64,000 bases of DNA, from assembly GCA_964346585.1 (NCBI GenBank), contig CAYFVQ010000121.1, positions 11,113 through 75,112 of the forward strand. The letters are read 5' to 3'. The notes below the pieces were generated by a model. It saw nothing but the letters and a program-made list of their open reading frames with translations. It was not told where the DNA came from and did no database searches. Both the position numbers and the translations under genes were made by a program. Source of the DNA: an uncultured Eubacteriales bacterium (GTDB lineage: Bacteria; Acidobacteriota; Aminicenantia; Aminicenantales; Aminicenantaceae). This document shows positions 9,941 through 18,679 of this stretch, piece by piece; position 1 is the stretch's first letter; the number at the start of each line of letters is the position of its first letter.

Positions 9941-11353
9941 ATGATGGTTAATATCTCCATTCTAATACCCATTGGCATCATACTCTTCGTCATAATCTTA
10001 TTTTCATTCCTTATAGCCAAGCAGTATAGAAAAGTCGGTCCCAACGAGACTTTGATCATCTCTGGAGGAAGAAAAAAAACAGTCATCGCGCCGGATGGGA
10101 CAAAACGAAAAATTGGCTACCGCTACCGTCTTGGCGGTGGCACTTTTGTCCTGCCTTTCCTTGAAACCGTAGACATCCTTCCGATGGAAGTCATCACCTT
10201 GAACATTAAAACACCGGAAGTGCTCACTCATGGTGGTGTTCCTCTCATGGCTGAAGCCACGGCTCAAGTCAAGATCGACTCATCTAACCACTCTATTCAC
10301 ATTGCTGCGGAACAGTTTTTGGGTTTGGGTAAGGAAGGGATCAAGGATGTTTCCATGACCATTCTCGAGGGAAAAATGAGAGAAGTCATGGGCATAATGA
10401 CCGTAGAGAACATCTACAGAGGAAGACAGGAGTTTTCAGCCAAAGTCGCTGACGCGGCGCGAAAAGATTTTTCTCAGATGGGATTGACCATGATGTCCTT
10501 TGCCCTCAAGGACATCAGCGATACTCAAGGATACCTCGATGCCCTCGGTAAACCCGAGATCGTGGCTGCTAAACGAGACGCTGCCATTGCCGAAGCTGAA
10601 ACCGAAAAAGAGGCCATAATCAAATCCTCCCAGGCCCGCAAAGAAGGAGAAGTGGCCCGTCTTGCTGCCGAAGCCCTCATCGCCAAAGCCCAGTGGGAAA
10701 ACGAAGCCAAAAAAGCGGAATCCCAGGTTCTGGTCAACCAGAGAAAAGCGCAATCCGACCTCTCTTACGAACTCGAGCGCTTTCGCATCAACCAGGAACT
10801 CAAAAAGGAAGAAGCCAAAGCCAAACTTATCGAAAAAGAAGAATCCATAAAAATCGAAGAGCTGGAAATCGCCCGAAGGCAGAAAGAGCTTGATGCCAGT
10901 GTGATCAAGCCGGCGGATGCCAGGAAATACCAGCTGAAGGCAGAAGCCGAAGCCGAAGAATACCGTATCCTGGCCGAGGCGAAAGGCCAAGCAGAAGCCA
11001 CCAAGCTTTCCGGAGCGGCTGAGGCAGAAAAACTAAAACAGACAGGCTCTGCTGAAGCTGAATCCATGCTGAAGAAAGCCCAGGCCTGGGAGAGATACAA
11101 CGAGGCCGCCCTATTCGAATCATACATGAAGATCCTTCCTGAACTGGCTAAGTCTGTTTCCGAACCTCTTTCCAAAGTGGATAAGATCGTGATGGTCAGC
11201 GGGGATAAAGGCCTGGGAACATCAAAACTGACATCCCAAGTCGCGGAAGTCCTAGCACAGATGCCTGAAGTGGTGAAGTCATTGACCGGCGTTGACCTGA
11301 AAAAATACCTCAAGGAAAAACTCACGCCTGAAGAGAAAAAAGAAGAAGATTAA
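9941..11353 (+). CDS. flotillin-like SPFH/band-7 domain protein
   Basis: N-terminal TM helix, SPFH core, long A/E/K-rich coiled-coil tail (AEAEAEEYRILAEAKGQAEA); AGGAGG RBS just upstream. Confidence 0.85.
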   Translation: MMVNISILIPIGIILFVIILFSFLIAKQYRKVGPNETLIISGGRKKTVIAPDGTKRKIGYRYRLGGGTFVLPFLETVDILPMEVITLNIKTPEVLTHGGVPLMAEATAQVKIDSSNHSIHIAAEQFLGLGKEGIKDVSMTILEGKMREVMGIMTVENIYRGRQEFSAKVADAARKDFSQMGLTMMSFALKDISDTQGYLDALGKPEIVAAKRDAAIAEAETEKEAIIKSSQARKEGEVARLAAEALIAKAQWENEAKKAESQVLVNQRKAQSDLSYELERFRINQELKKEEAKAKLIEKEESIKIEELEIARRQKELDASVIKPADARKYQLKAEAEAEEYRILAEAKGQAEATKLSGAAEAEKLKQTGSAEAESMLKKAQAWERYNEAALFESYMKILPELAKSVSEPLSKVDKIVMVSGDKGLGTSKLTSQVAEVLAQMPEVVKSLTGVDLKKYLKEKLTPEEKKEED

Positions 11354-11378
11354 CCATCTCTAAAGAAGAAGGTCGATC

Positions 11379-13736
11379 ATGATTTCAGAAAAAGCGAGCC
11401 AAATCGGCGCATCTCCCACCCTGAAGATATCCGCCAAAGCCAAAGCCATGAAGGCTGAGGGAATCGATGTCGTGGACCTCAGCATAGGAGAACCGGATTT
11501 TTTCACACCAGATAATATCAAGAAGGCTGGTATTCAGGCGATTGAAGAAAACTTCACCAGATACACGACCAACGAGGGCATCCCTGAACTCAAGGACGCC
11601 ATCCTCAACAGACTGAAAGAAGATTTAGGGCAATCCTATTCCAGGGACGAAATCATCGTCTCTGCTGGCGCGAAAAGCTCCCTTTACCATCTTTTTCAGG
11701 CATTGATTGATGAGGGCGAAGAAGTGATCATCCCGGCTCCCTACTGGGTCACTTATCCGCATTCGGTCTCACTGGCCAAGGGAAAAGCCATCATCGTTCC
11801 CGCCAAGGAGGAGAATGGATTTATCCTCACTCCAGACCAACTCAAATCTGCGATTTCCCCCGCCACAAAGGCATTAATCCTGAACAATCCATCCAATCCC
11901 ACCGGGGCGACGTACAAAAGGCATGAGCTTGAAGCCCTGGCAGACATTGTTCTGGAAGAAGATATCTTCGTAGTGGCGGATGAAATCTATGAAAAGTTCA
12001 TCTATGATGACTTCCAGTTCACAAGCTTTGCGTCCTTGGGAGAGGACATAAAGAAGAGAACCGTCATCATCAACGGTGTATCTAAAGCCTATTCCATGAC
12101 TGGATGGCGAATTGGGTATGCCGCGGGTCCGGCAGATATCATCGGAGCCATGGGCCGAATACAGAGTCATACCACTTCCAATGCTTGCTCTATTTCCCAA
12201 AAGGCGAGCCTGGAAGCCTTCGGTGGTCCTCAATATGAAGTCTCAAAAATGAAGTCCGAGCTCCAAGGAAGGCGAAATTATGTCCTAATGAGGCTCCAGA
12301 CGATCCCCAATGTCTCCTGTTTCAAATCCCAGGGTGCTTTTTATCTCTTTCCTAACCTTTCCGCTTATTACAACAAGGAATTCAACAATGTCCAGATCCG
12401 CAACTCCTATGGCATGGCGTACTATCTCTTGAAAGAAGCCAAAGTGGCCATCGTCCCAGGGGATGCTTTCGGAGCCGATGACCACATTCGCATCTCCTAC
12501 ACCACATCCATGGAAAACTTGGAAAAAGGAATGGACAGGATCATCGAGGCACTCTCAGGCCTCAAAACAGCCAAGAAGGTGAAACGCATTGCCCTCAACA
12601 ACACAATTACGCGGGAGAAAAAATCCGTGCCTGTGGATTCCTCCCTATCTGTCAAAATGAAGGATGCACTTGTGGCCGAAATGGAGAGCCTTCTCAGCTT
12701 TGAGAACTATTGGGAGTGGAATGCCAATATCAATGGTGTGATTGTCCAACTCCGGACGAATGTCTCACATCTCAATGACTTCTGGATTGAAAATTGGTAC
12801 CCGGCACAACTGGAAGCCGACCTGGAACCTCATGGCATCATATACGCTGTGGACGGCATACCCGGTCGGGAGCCGCACTCTTTCTACAACTCGGAAACAA
12901 ACACAGGAATTCTCGTCAACACCGACAACTATGCGCCCTTGCGCAGCCTGGCTCTGGGGTTGACTACGGACGTCTCAGAACGACTCTTCAATGTCTTTTC
13001 TATTCGAGGAATGTCTGCGGATATCGAGGGAAACAGTGCGGTCCTGGTGGGGCCCAAAGGAACCAAGAAAACAGAACTCTTCTTCTCCCTCCTCCAGGAT
13101 CAAAAATTCCGGCTCCACTCCAACGACATCATCTTTGTTCGGTTCTCCGGGGGCAAAGCCCTGGCTGACTCGGTGGAAAGAAAGCTCTTCATCCCGACAA
13201 ACACTGTGGAATCCTACCCTCGCCTGGCCGCTCTTTTCGACAACAGCAAGTGCGAGAACGTCATCACCCGAAAAGATGAATGCCAGGATACTGAATGTCT
13301 GAATCTCGATGACTGCCGCCTTGACCGAGGCTCCCCGTACTGTTATAAAGCGTCAAAAAACGCTCACGCCCTGCTCGATCCCTACTGGATAGACGGACCG
13401 GCCAAGCATGTTAAACGCTCTGCCATACGCTGGTTATTCATCCTCCGCTATGACACATCCTCTCCACCAGTTGTCGAGGTCAAGGTTGAAGATGCTCTGC
13501 GGATTCTTGAATCCGGGGAAAGCCTTGGACTCAAAAGGGACCTCACCCCTTCAAAAAGCCAGCCGTTCTACAATCCCCATATCCTACTCAAAACACCTGA
13601 GAGGCTGGAACTCCAAAGAGAATTTTTCGAACGAGTGCTCGAAGGCGCATCATGCTACCTCTTCAACAGCGGAGTCGCCTCTGTGGAGGACATGAAGAAG
13701 ATAATCACCAGCGAGGGCGATACAGAACCAGAATAA
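11379..13736 (+). CDS. aspartate/aromatic-type class I aminotransferase fused to a C-terminal PEPCK/HprK-like P-loop module
   Basis: Residues 1-395 are a complete AspAT ('GEPDF', 'NPSNPTG', PLP-lysine motif 'SKAYSMTGWRIGY'). Residues ~400-785 carry P-loop 'GPKGTKKT' (13050-13073) and 'HSNDIIFV', collinear with the PEPCK-like protein encoded next. Confidence 0.8.
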   Translation: MISEKASQIGASPTLKISAKAKAMKAEGIDVVDLSIGEPDFFTPDNIKKAGIQAIEENFTRYTTNEGIPELKDAILNRLKEDLGQSYSRDEIIVSAGAKSSLYHLFQALIDEGEEVIIPAPYWVTYPHSVSLAKGKAIIVPAKEENGFILTPDQLKSAISPATKALILNNPSNPTGATYKRHELEALADIVLEEDIFVVADEIYEKFIYDDFQFTSFASLGEDIKKRTVIINGVSKAYSMTGWRIGYAAGPADIIGAMGRIQSHTTSNACSISQKASLEAFGGPQYEVSKMKSELQGRRNYVLMRLQTIPNVSCFKSQGAFYLFPNLSAYYNKEFNNVQIRNSYGMAYYLLKEAKVAIVPGDAFGADDHIRISYTTSMENLEKGMDRIIEALSGLKTAKKVKRIALNNTITREKKSVPVDSSLSVKMKDALVAEMESLLSFENYWEWNANINGVIVQLRTNVSHLNDFWIENWYPAQLEADLEPHGIIYAVDGIPGREPHSFYNSETNTGILVNTDNYAPLRSLALGLTTDVSERLFNVFSIRGMSADIEGNSAVLVGPKGTKKTELFFSLLQDQKFRLHSNDIIFVRFSGGKALADSVERKLFIPTNTVESYPRLAALFDNSKCENVITRKDECQDTECLNLDDCRLDRGSPYCYKASKNAHALLDPYWIDGPAKHVKRSAIRWLFILRYDTSSPPVVEVKVEDALRILESGESLGLKRDLTPSKSQPFYNPHILLKTPERLELQREFFERVLEGASCYLFNSGVASVEDMKKIITSEGDTEPE

Positions 13737-13763
13737 ATTTTTTAGCGCAGGAATAAAATTAAG

Positions 13764-15596
13764 ATGGAAAATAAAACTATCACTGACGAAACAGTTTATA
13801 AAAAATTTACTGAAGAATTTCATCGAGTCCTCAAAGGCCCCAACATCAGAAAAGTAGACCTCAAATGGCTCGAGCCGAAAGCCAAAGCCGCAGGAGTCCG
13901 GACAAAATACAGCTCCTACGGATGGCGGTCCGCCATATCCAGCCGCATTGCGCCCAAAACTGTCTACTTGGGCAGTGAGAAAGTCCAACTGCCCAGTCCC
14001 AGCGAAGAACAGAAAAACCTGATCGCCAAAGCCCCAGACGAACTGGAGAAGGTTCTCCACCTGTTGCGAACGCTTCCCTTTTACCACATCCGCAGACAGA
14101 TGGGAGAGAACGACACTTACAATCCAGTCTGCAATCTTTTTGTCTCCGAAGCCGACAATACCAACTACCGCTTGGGATTCATGTGGGGAAACACGCTTTT
14201 CAAACCAAAGAAGCGCCCTGGCCCCGAGTTTTTCATGGTCCATATTCCTGAAGAACACCAATTGAGGCAGCAGGTACTTGTCCTCCCTGAAGAAAATATC
14301 AACATCGCTCTCGGCACAGATTACATGGGGGAAGATAAAAAAGGGTTTCTCCGCCAAGCCATGTGGGCTGCGGATGAAAAGGGCATGCTCGGTCTCCATG
14401 CGGGAACCAAGATCGTGACAGTTCGGGATGCCAATGATAAGCTCAAAACATACGGAGTATTTCTCTTCGGTCTGACTGCGACAGGTAAGTCCACCTGGTC
14501 ATGTCATCAACTCGGTCTTGACTACGACAGAGGCGAAAAAACAGAGGTGACTCAGGATGATATTGTTTTTTTGAAGAATGATGGATCAGCCCTGGGATCA
14601 GAAGACAATTTCTTTGTGAAAACAGATGTCGAGAAGGAATACCAAGAAGCAATGTACAGTGCTCTGGCTGACAAATCCGCTCTCCTTGAAAACGTCATGA
14701 TCAAATCGAACGGGGATGTCGATTTTCTCGACGAAAGCCTCACAGCCAACGGGAGAGCCATTGTCCAACGGAAGAAATTGCGTGTGAACATAAAGGGAAA
14801 AACAGTCGGGATAGCCTCAAAATCCATCAACCTCCCGCCTCTTGAGGAGCTTGACGGGCTCATTTTCGCTTTTATCACCCGAAGGAACACCATCATGAGC
14901 TTCTCCCAGGAATTGACTCACGAACAGGCTGTTCTGGCTTATCTCTGGGGAGAGAGCACCCACAGCTATGCCAGTCAACCAAAAAGAGCTGGGGAATCAG
15001 TGCGGATTGTCGGAACCGATCCCTTCATCATCGGATCAAGAGCCAAAAAGGTCAATCGATTCTACGAAATCATAATGACATTAGTCAACAACTTCCCGGG
15101 AAAGATCCGATTCATGCAGTACAACACCGGAGGCCTCGGAGAAATCATCGAAACTTATGAAGAAAACGGTCAGAAGAAAAAAAGGCTGGTCCGCAAGGTG
15201 AATCGTGTCCCCATCAATATTATGGCCCAGATCCAGAGAGGCGACTTGCGGGGAACCAACCTCTACGAAAGAGGAATCCTGGGCACAAAGGAAATAAAGA
15301 CCTGCGAGGGAAAAAGCCTCGATGAATACAACATCCACAATTTCTACTCTGAAGAGCAGATTCAACACTTCATCAAAGACCTTGTCGAAGGGAGACGCAA
15401 GTTCACAGAAGAAATTTCTTCAGAAGGACTCAGAGAGGAAATTCTGTATGCGGCGGAGAGATCCTTCCGTATCGATAAAAGCGAAAAAAGAGAAAAAATA
15501 TCCGTCCCTGAAGGCCAGCCCGCTGAAGGAAAACCTCTCACTCACTGGGAATTCAAATCCAGACCGAAAAGGGATAGGTTCTGGCGCTCAAGGTAA
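13764..15596 (+). CDS. divergent phosphoenolpyruvate carboxykinase (ATP)-family protein
   Basis: 'GTDYMGEDKKGF' (compare GTxYAGEMKKG), 'LGLHAGT', kinase-1a 'FGLTATGKSTWS' (compare GLSGTGKTTLS; 14469-14495), kinase-2-like 'TQDDIVFL'. Confidence 0.7.
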   Translation: MENKTITDETVYKKFTEEFHRVLKGPNIRKVDLKWLEPKAKAAGVRTKYSSYGWRSAISSRIAPKTVYLGSEKVQLPSPSEEQKNLIAKAPDELEKVLHLLRTLPFYHIRRQMGENDTYNPVCNLFVSEADNTNYRLGFMWGNTLFKPKKRPGPEFFMVHIPEEHQLRQQVLVLPEENINIALGTDYMGEDKKGFLRQAMWAADEKGMLGLHAGTKIVTVRDANDKLKTYGVFLFGLTATGKSTWSCHQLGLDYDRGEKTEVTQDDIVFLKNDGSALGSEDNFFVKTDVEKEYQEAMYSALADKSALLENVMIKSNGDVDFLDESLTANGRAIVQRKKLRVNIKGKTVGIASKSINLPPLEELDGLIFAFITRRNTIMSFSQELTHEQAVLAYLWGESTHSYASQPKRAGESVRIVGTDPFIIGSRAKKVNRFYEIIMTLVNNFPGKIRFMQYNTGGLGEIIETYEENGQKKKRLVRKVNRVPINIMAQIQRGDLRGTNLYERGILGTKEIKTCEGKSLDEYNIHNFYSEEQIQHFIKDLVEGRRKFTEEISSEGLREEILYAAERSFRIDKSEKREKISVPEGQPAEGKPLTHWEFKSRPKRDRFWRSR

Positions 15597-15600
15597 GGGG

Positions 15601-15695
15601 TCGCATCTCAACATTTGACATTTGCATTGAGCCTGAGGTTCTTTGAGTCTTCTCTTGTTTTCTCCTTATATAAAATGTCAAATGTTAAGATGTGC
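15601..15695. repeat. 95-bp inverted-repeat element, copy 1 (MITE/REP/attC-like)
   Basis: TCGCATCTCAACATTTGACATTT ... AAAATGTCAAATGTTAAGATGTGC; same length as copy 2 and about 90% identical to it; fills the spacer between the PEPCK-like stop and the gmhA stop. Confidence 0.8.
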
Positions 15696-15707
15696 CCCCA
15701 TGAAGAG

Positions 15708-16268
15708 TTACCCTAATTGATCTTCTATCTCCTGTGTCATGAGATGGAGAAGAAGAATATGGACTTCTTGAATCCTGGGTGTTTCCTCAGAGGGGACATC
15801 AAGAAGGCAATCCACGAGTGAATGCAGCTTGCCTCCGTCTTTACCTGTCAGGGCAATCGTGACCAATCCTCTAGCTTTAGCTGCCTTCATGGCCTCGATC
15901 ACATTAGGAGAATTCCCGCTCGTAGAGAGACCGAGGGCAATGTCTCCCTTTTCTCCGAAGGCTTCTATCTGGCGGCTGAACACATAATCAAAAGATGTGT
16001 CATTAGCGATAGATGTCAGGATGGACGTGTCTGTGGTTAAGGAGAGGGCCCGGATCGGAGGCCTTATTTTTAAGAATTTATTCACGAGTTCAGCAACAAA
16101 ATGTTGCGCCTGGGCGGCGCTCCCGCCGTTTCCAAACACCAGTATCTTATGGCCCTCTTTAAGACTGTCTACTGTGAGTTTTATGGCTTCTTTATAGATA
16201 TTCTCTCGAGCATCAAAAAAATTCTCTGCAATCTGCTGCCATTCCTTGATGGCATCTCGGTAATTCAT
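15708..16268 (-). CDS. gmhA: D-sedoheptulose-7-phosphate isomerase (SIS domain)
   Basis: 'KILVFGNGGSAAQAQHFVAELV', 'GLSTSGNSPNV' SIS/GmhA motifs; AAGGAGG RBS upstream of ATG 16268. Confidence 0.85.
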   Translation of the reverse strand: MNYRDAIKEWQQIAENFFDARENIYKEAIKLTVDSLKEGHKILVFGNGGSAAQAQHFVAELVNKFLKIRPPIRALSLTTDTSILTSIANDTSFDYVFSRQIEAFGEKGDIALGLSTSGNSPNVIEAMKAAKARGLVTIALTGKDGGKLHSLVDCLLDVPSEETPRIQEVHILLLHLMTQEIEDQLG

Positions 16269-16292
16269 ATTCCCTCCTTATCGAATAAGGGA

Positions 16293-16387
16293 TCGCATCT
16301 TAACATTTGACATTTTCATTGAGTCTGAAGTTCCTTGAGTCTTCTCTTGTTTTTTCCTTATATAAAATGTCAAATGTTAAGATGCGA
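16293..16387. repeat. 95-bp inverted-repeat element, copy 2
   Basis: Perfect 24-bp terminal inverted repeats TCGCATCTTAACATTTGACATTTT (16293-16316) and AAAATGTCAAATGTTAAGATGCGA (16364-16387) around a 47-nt core; same orientation as copy 1. Confidence 0.8.
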
Positions 16388-16397
16388 CACCAATTCT

Positions 16398-17096
16398 TCA
16401 ATCATCCAGGCCAGACCTTATAGCGACTCTCACTCTATCCATCAAACGCGGAAGGGTTTCGCGGTCAAACTCATGGACTGGAACAGCCGGATGAAAAGCC
16501 ACTCTCACATTACCTTTTTTAATGAAGAATGATTTTTTTGGCATGATTTTGAAAGTCCCTTGAATGCTCACCGGAGCCACAGGAACCTGGCTGTTCAAGG
16601 CAAGGAAAAACCCTCCTCGCTTTAAAAGCTGCAGTTTTCCATCCCGGCTCCTGGTTCCCTCGGGAAATATCAGAAAGGAATAGCCCTTCTCCTTGATCGT
16701 GCGGGTGGCTCGGTCAATACTCTTCTTTCCTCCCCTCAATCCTTTCCTGTCGACGGGGATAAAACCCACAAGCCTCATAGCCAGGCCGATGACCGGAATC
16801 CGAAAGGCCTCTTTTTTCAGGATGACTCTTATCGATTGAGGAATGAGTATGAAAAGCAAAGGGCCGTCCATCGCGCTCAGGTGGTTAGACATGAAAACAT
16901 AAGAAGTTTTTTTATCTATCATTTCAAGCCCGGAAACTTCCAGACGAATCCCCAGGATTTTCTGTCCGAGGCGTATCGCTCCCTTCCCGACCATAATGAC
17001 GGGTTGAGGCCACCTTATCAGGAAGCAGATAAGGATGACAGGGATGTAGAGAATCGCGATAATTCCGTAAACGATGCAAAGGACTATGGTGCGCAT
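16398..17096 (-). CDS. plsC: 1-acyl-sn-glycerol-3-phosphate acyltransferase
   Basis: HX4D motif 'NHLSAMD', 'FPEGTRS', N-terminal TM helix. Confidence 0.85.
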   Translation of the reverse strand: MRTIVLCIVYGIIAILYIPVILICFLIRWPQPVIMVGKGAIRLGQKILGIRLEVSGLEMIDKKTSYVFMSNHLSAMDGPLLFILIPQSIRVILKKEAFRIPVIGLAMRLVGFIPVDRKGLRGGKKSIDRATRTIKEKGYSFLIFPEGTRSRDGKLQLLKRGGFFLALNSQVPVAPVSIQGTFKIMPKKSFFIKKGNVRVAFHPAVPVHEFDRETLPRLMDRVRVAIRSGLDD

Positions 17097-17290
17097 GATT
17101 CGATGCAGAGATTATACCACATATTTTTTTAGAAAAGGAATGAACGGCCTCAAGCCCGGTAACAGGAATATCCTCTTGATGGATTTTCTGTTAGAGGAAC
17201 AATCGATATGGTTATGCAAAGGCAGAAAAAATCGGAACACTCTCTCCAGTCCCACTCCTTAAGCTGGATGAGCCGGATGAATCAAGATGG

Positions 17291-17848
17291 CTAAGACCCT
17301 GAATAAGAGATGCGCGGCGCATGAAGCCAGACGCCATTCATGTTGACTAAATCATTGGTGAAATCGTCCATGGAATCCACATTATACAAACCCGCTGCCG
17401 GATTCGCAGCCTGATAAGTATAAGCCACGCTTCCTCCCACTGCACCGTCTCGACCCAAGGAAAAAATCAAAAAGTCATCATCTCCAAGGCCAGCAGCTGG
17501 GATGCCGTAGACACTGGATACTGTCGTCCCTGTATAAACCTGAAAAGGATTGCCCCACTGGTCGGAAACGGGACAGACCTTTATAAAGGTCGGGGAAATG
17601 GCCGATATAAAATCAGATCCAGACTGAAGAGGTCCGGATTGATTTCCATAATCAGGAGCATAGCCCGCTTCTGTAATATAACTCGCACAGGCGGTGGCTA
17701 GGCTCACAATGTCTTTCATAGTCTGTTTCTGATTCGCTTTCTGTATGGAGGCTAAAGCGTTAGGAATGATTATCGCCGCAAGAATCCCGATGATGGCGAC
17801 GACGATGAGCAATTCAATCAGAGTGAAACCCCTTTTCCCTTTCAGCAT
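17291..17848 (-). CDS. prepilin-type N-terminal methylation domain protein, GspG/PulG-like pilin (paralog 2)
   Basis: 'KRGFTLIELLIVVAIIGILAAIIIPN' class III signal; 'DQWGNPF...FLIFSLGRDG' GspG-like core; ATG 17848 with GGAG RBS; the longer track ORF (to 17947) runs into the upstream terminator. Confidence 0.8.
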   Translation of the reverse strand: MLKGKRGFTLIELLIVVAIIGILAAIIIPNALASIQKANQKQTMKDIVSLATACASYITEAGYAPDYGNQSGPLQSGSDFISAISPTFIKVCPVSDQWGNPFQVYTGTTVSSVYGIPAAGLGDDDFLIFSLGRDGAVGGSVAYTYQAANPAAGLYNVDSMDDFTNDLVNMNGVWLHAPRISYSGS

Positions 17849-17898
17849 TCCTTGTCTCCTCTCTGATTTTTGGCTGGGATTATATACCTGAAACTCAC

Positions 17899-17938
17899 AA
17901 AAAAAAAGGGCGATGCAGTTTCTTCTGCATCGCCCTTT
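17899..17938 (-). terminator. rho-independent terminator after pilin paralog 1
   Basis: Minus strand reads AAAGGGCGATGCAG-AAGAAA-CTGCATCGCCCTTTTTTTTT: GC-rich 11-bp stem followed by a T9 run. Confidence 0.7.
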
Positions 17939-17978
17939 CCAAATCAATTATGGCTATTCAGCAGAATCTTAAACAAAA

Positions 17979-18512
17979 TTATGAGCCAGTTGCAGCCGTC
18001 CTGGGCGCTCGAATCCAGGAGCCATTCCACATGACCAAGTCTCTGTTGAAATGGATCATCTGATTGACAACGAATAATCCGGCTTCGGGATTGGCCGTAT
18101 CAAAAGCAAAGCCTTCGGCTATCTTATCGCGTCCCCAGGAAGAAACGAGAAAATCATCGCCACCGGCTGCGGCGATTCCATACTGTCCTACAACAGAAGC
18201 CCCACAATACGCATTGTAGTCATTCCCCCACTGGTCGTTGATCGGGAGAACCTTGACATAGAATGGAGAGAGTCCAGTATAGAAGGGGGCGGCTGCCGTA
18301 TAAGTCCCGTTCTGGACCGGGGTAGTGCCATTGTCAGTCACATAATCCGCAAGAGCTGTCGAGATCGTGCCGATATCCTTCATGGTTGTTTTCTGTTTGG
18401 CTTTCTGAATGGCGGTAATCGCATTCGGAATAAGAAGTGCGGCGAGAATTCCGATGATGGCAACAACGATGAGCAACTCGATCAGTGTAAAACCTCTTAA
18501 TTTTTTAAACAT
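17979..18512 (-). CDS. prepilin-type N-terminal methylation domain protein, GspG/PulG-like major pilin (paralog 1)
   Basis: 'LRGFTLIELLIVVAIIGILAALLIPN'; 'DQWGNDY...FLVSSWGRD'; GGAGG RBS; sigma-54 promoter upstream. Confidence 0.85.
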   Translation of the reverse strand: MFKKLRGFTLIELLIVVAIIGILAALLIPNAITAIQKAKQKTTMKDIGTISTALADYVTDNGTTPVQNGTYTAAAPFYTGLSPFYVKVLPINDQWGNDYNAYCGASVVGQYGIAAAGGDDFLVSSWGRDKIAEGFAFDTANPEAGLFVVNQMIHFNRDLVMWNGSWIRAPRTAATGS

Positions 18513-18593
18513 TGAAAACCTCCTTTTATTTTTTTTCGACTTTAAGGCGATTCACAAGGTCTCGCCTTGTAATTGCGTCGACGATTATATATT

Positions 18594-18609
18594 TGCAATA
18601 TTCATGCCA
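18594..18609 (-). promoter_or_regulatory. sigma-54 (-24/-12) promoter for the pilin gene
   Basis: Minus strand TGGCATGAATATTGCA matches TGGCAC-N5-TTGCW, with GG and GC at the canonical spacing; about 82 nt upstream of ATG 18512; a sigma-54 activator (pilR-like) is adjacent. Confidence 0.65.
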
Positions 18610-18679
18610 AGTGGATAAATATTAACTTATTGATATTAAACAAATTATAAACAACTCAGTGGATTTTTAGCAGGATTAA

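Noticed and set aside
10436-11325. Minus-strand ORFs 10436-10990 and 10765-11325 (about 185 aa each) antisense to the flotillin gene
   Set aside because: They are artefacts of the stop-poor A/E/K-rich coiled-coil coding region. Their products are F/S/L-rich nonsense without an RBS or motifs.
13650-14399. 249-aa minus-strand ORF overlapping the start of the PEPCK-like gene
   Set aside because: It has no recognisable domain. It is antisense to a gene with strong family motifs, and it spans the intergenic gap without RBS support.
16335-16532. 65-aa ORF starting inside gmhA-flanking repeat copy 2, and ORFs 15322-15618 and 16101-16310 ending in the repeats (both end '...GSHLNI')
   Set aside because: The shared peptide ending only reflects translation of the repeated DNA. 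The ORFs are antisense to, or overlap, real genes and lack RBSs.
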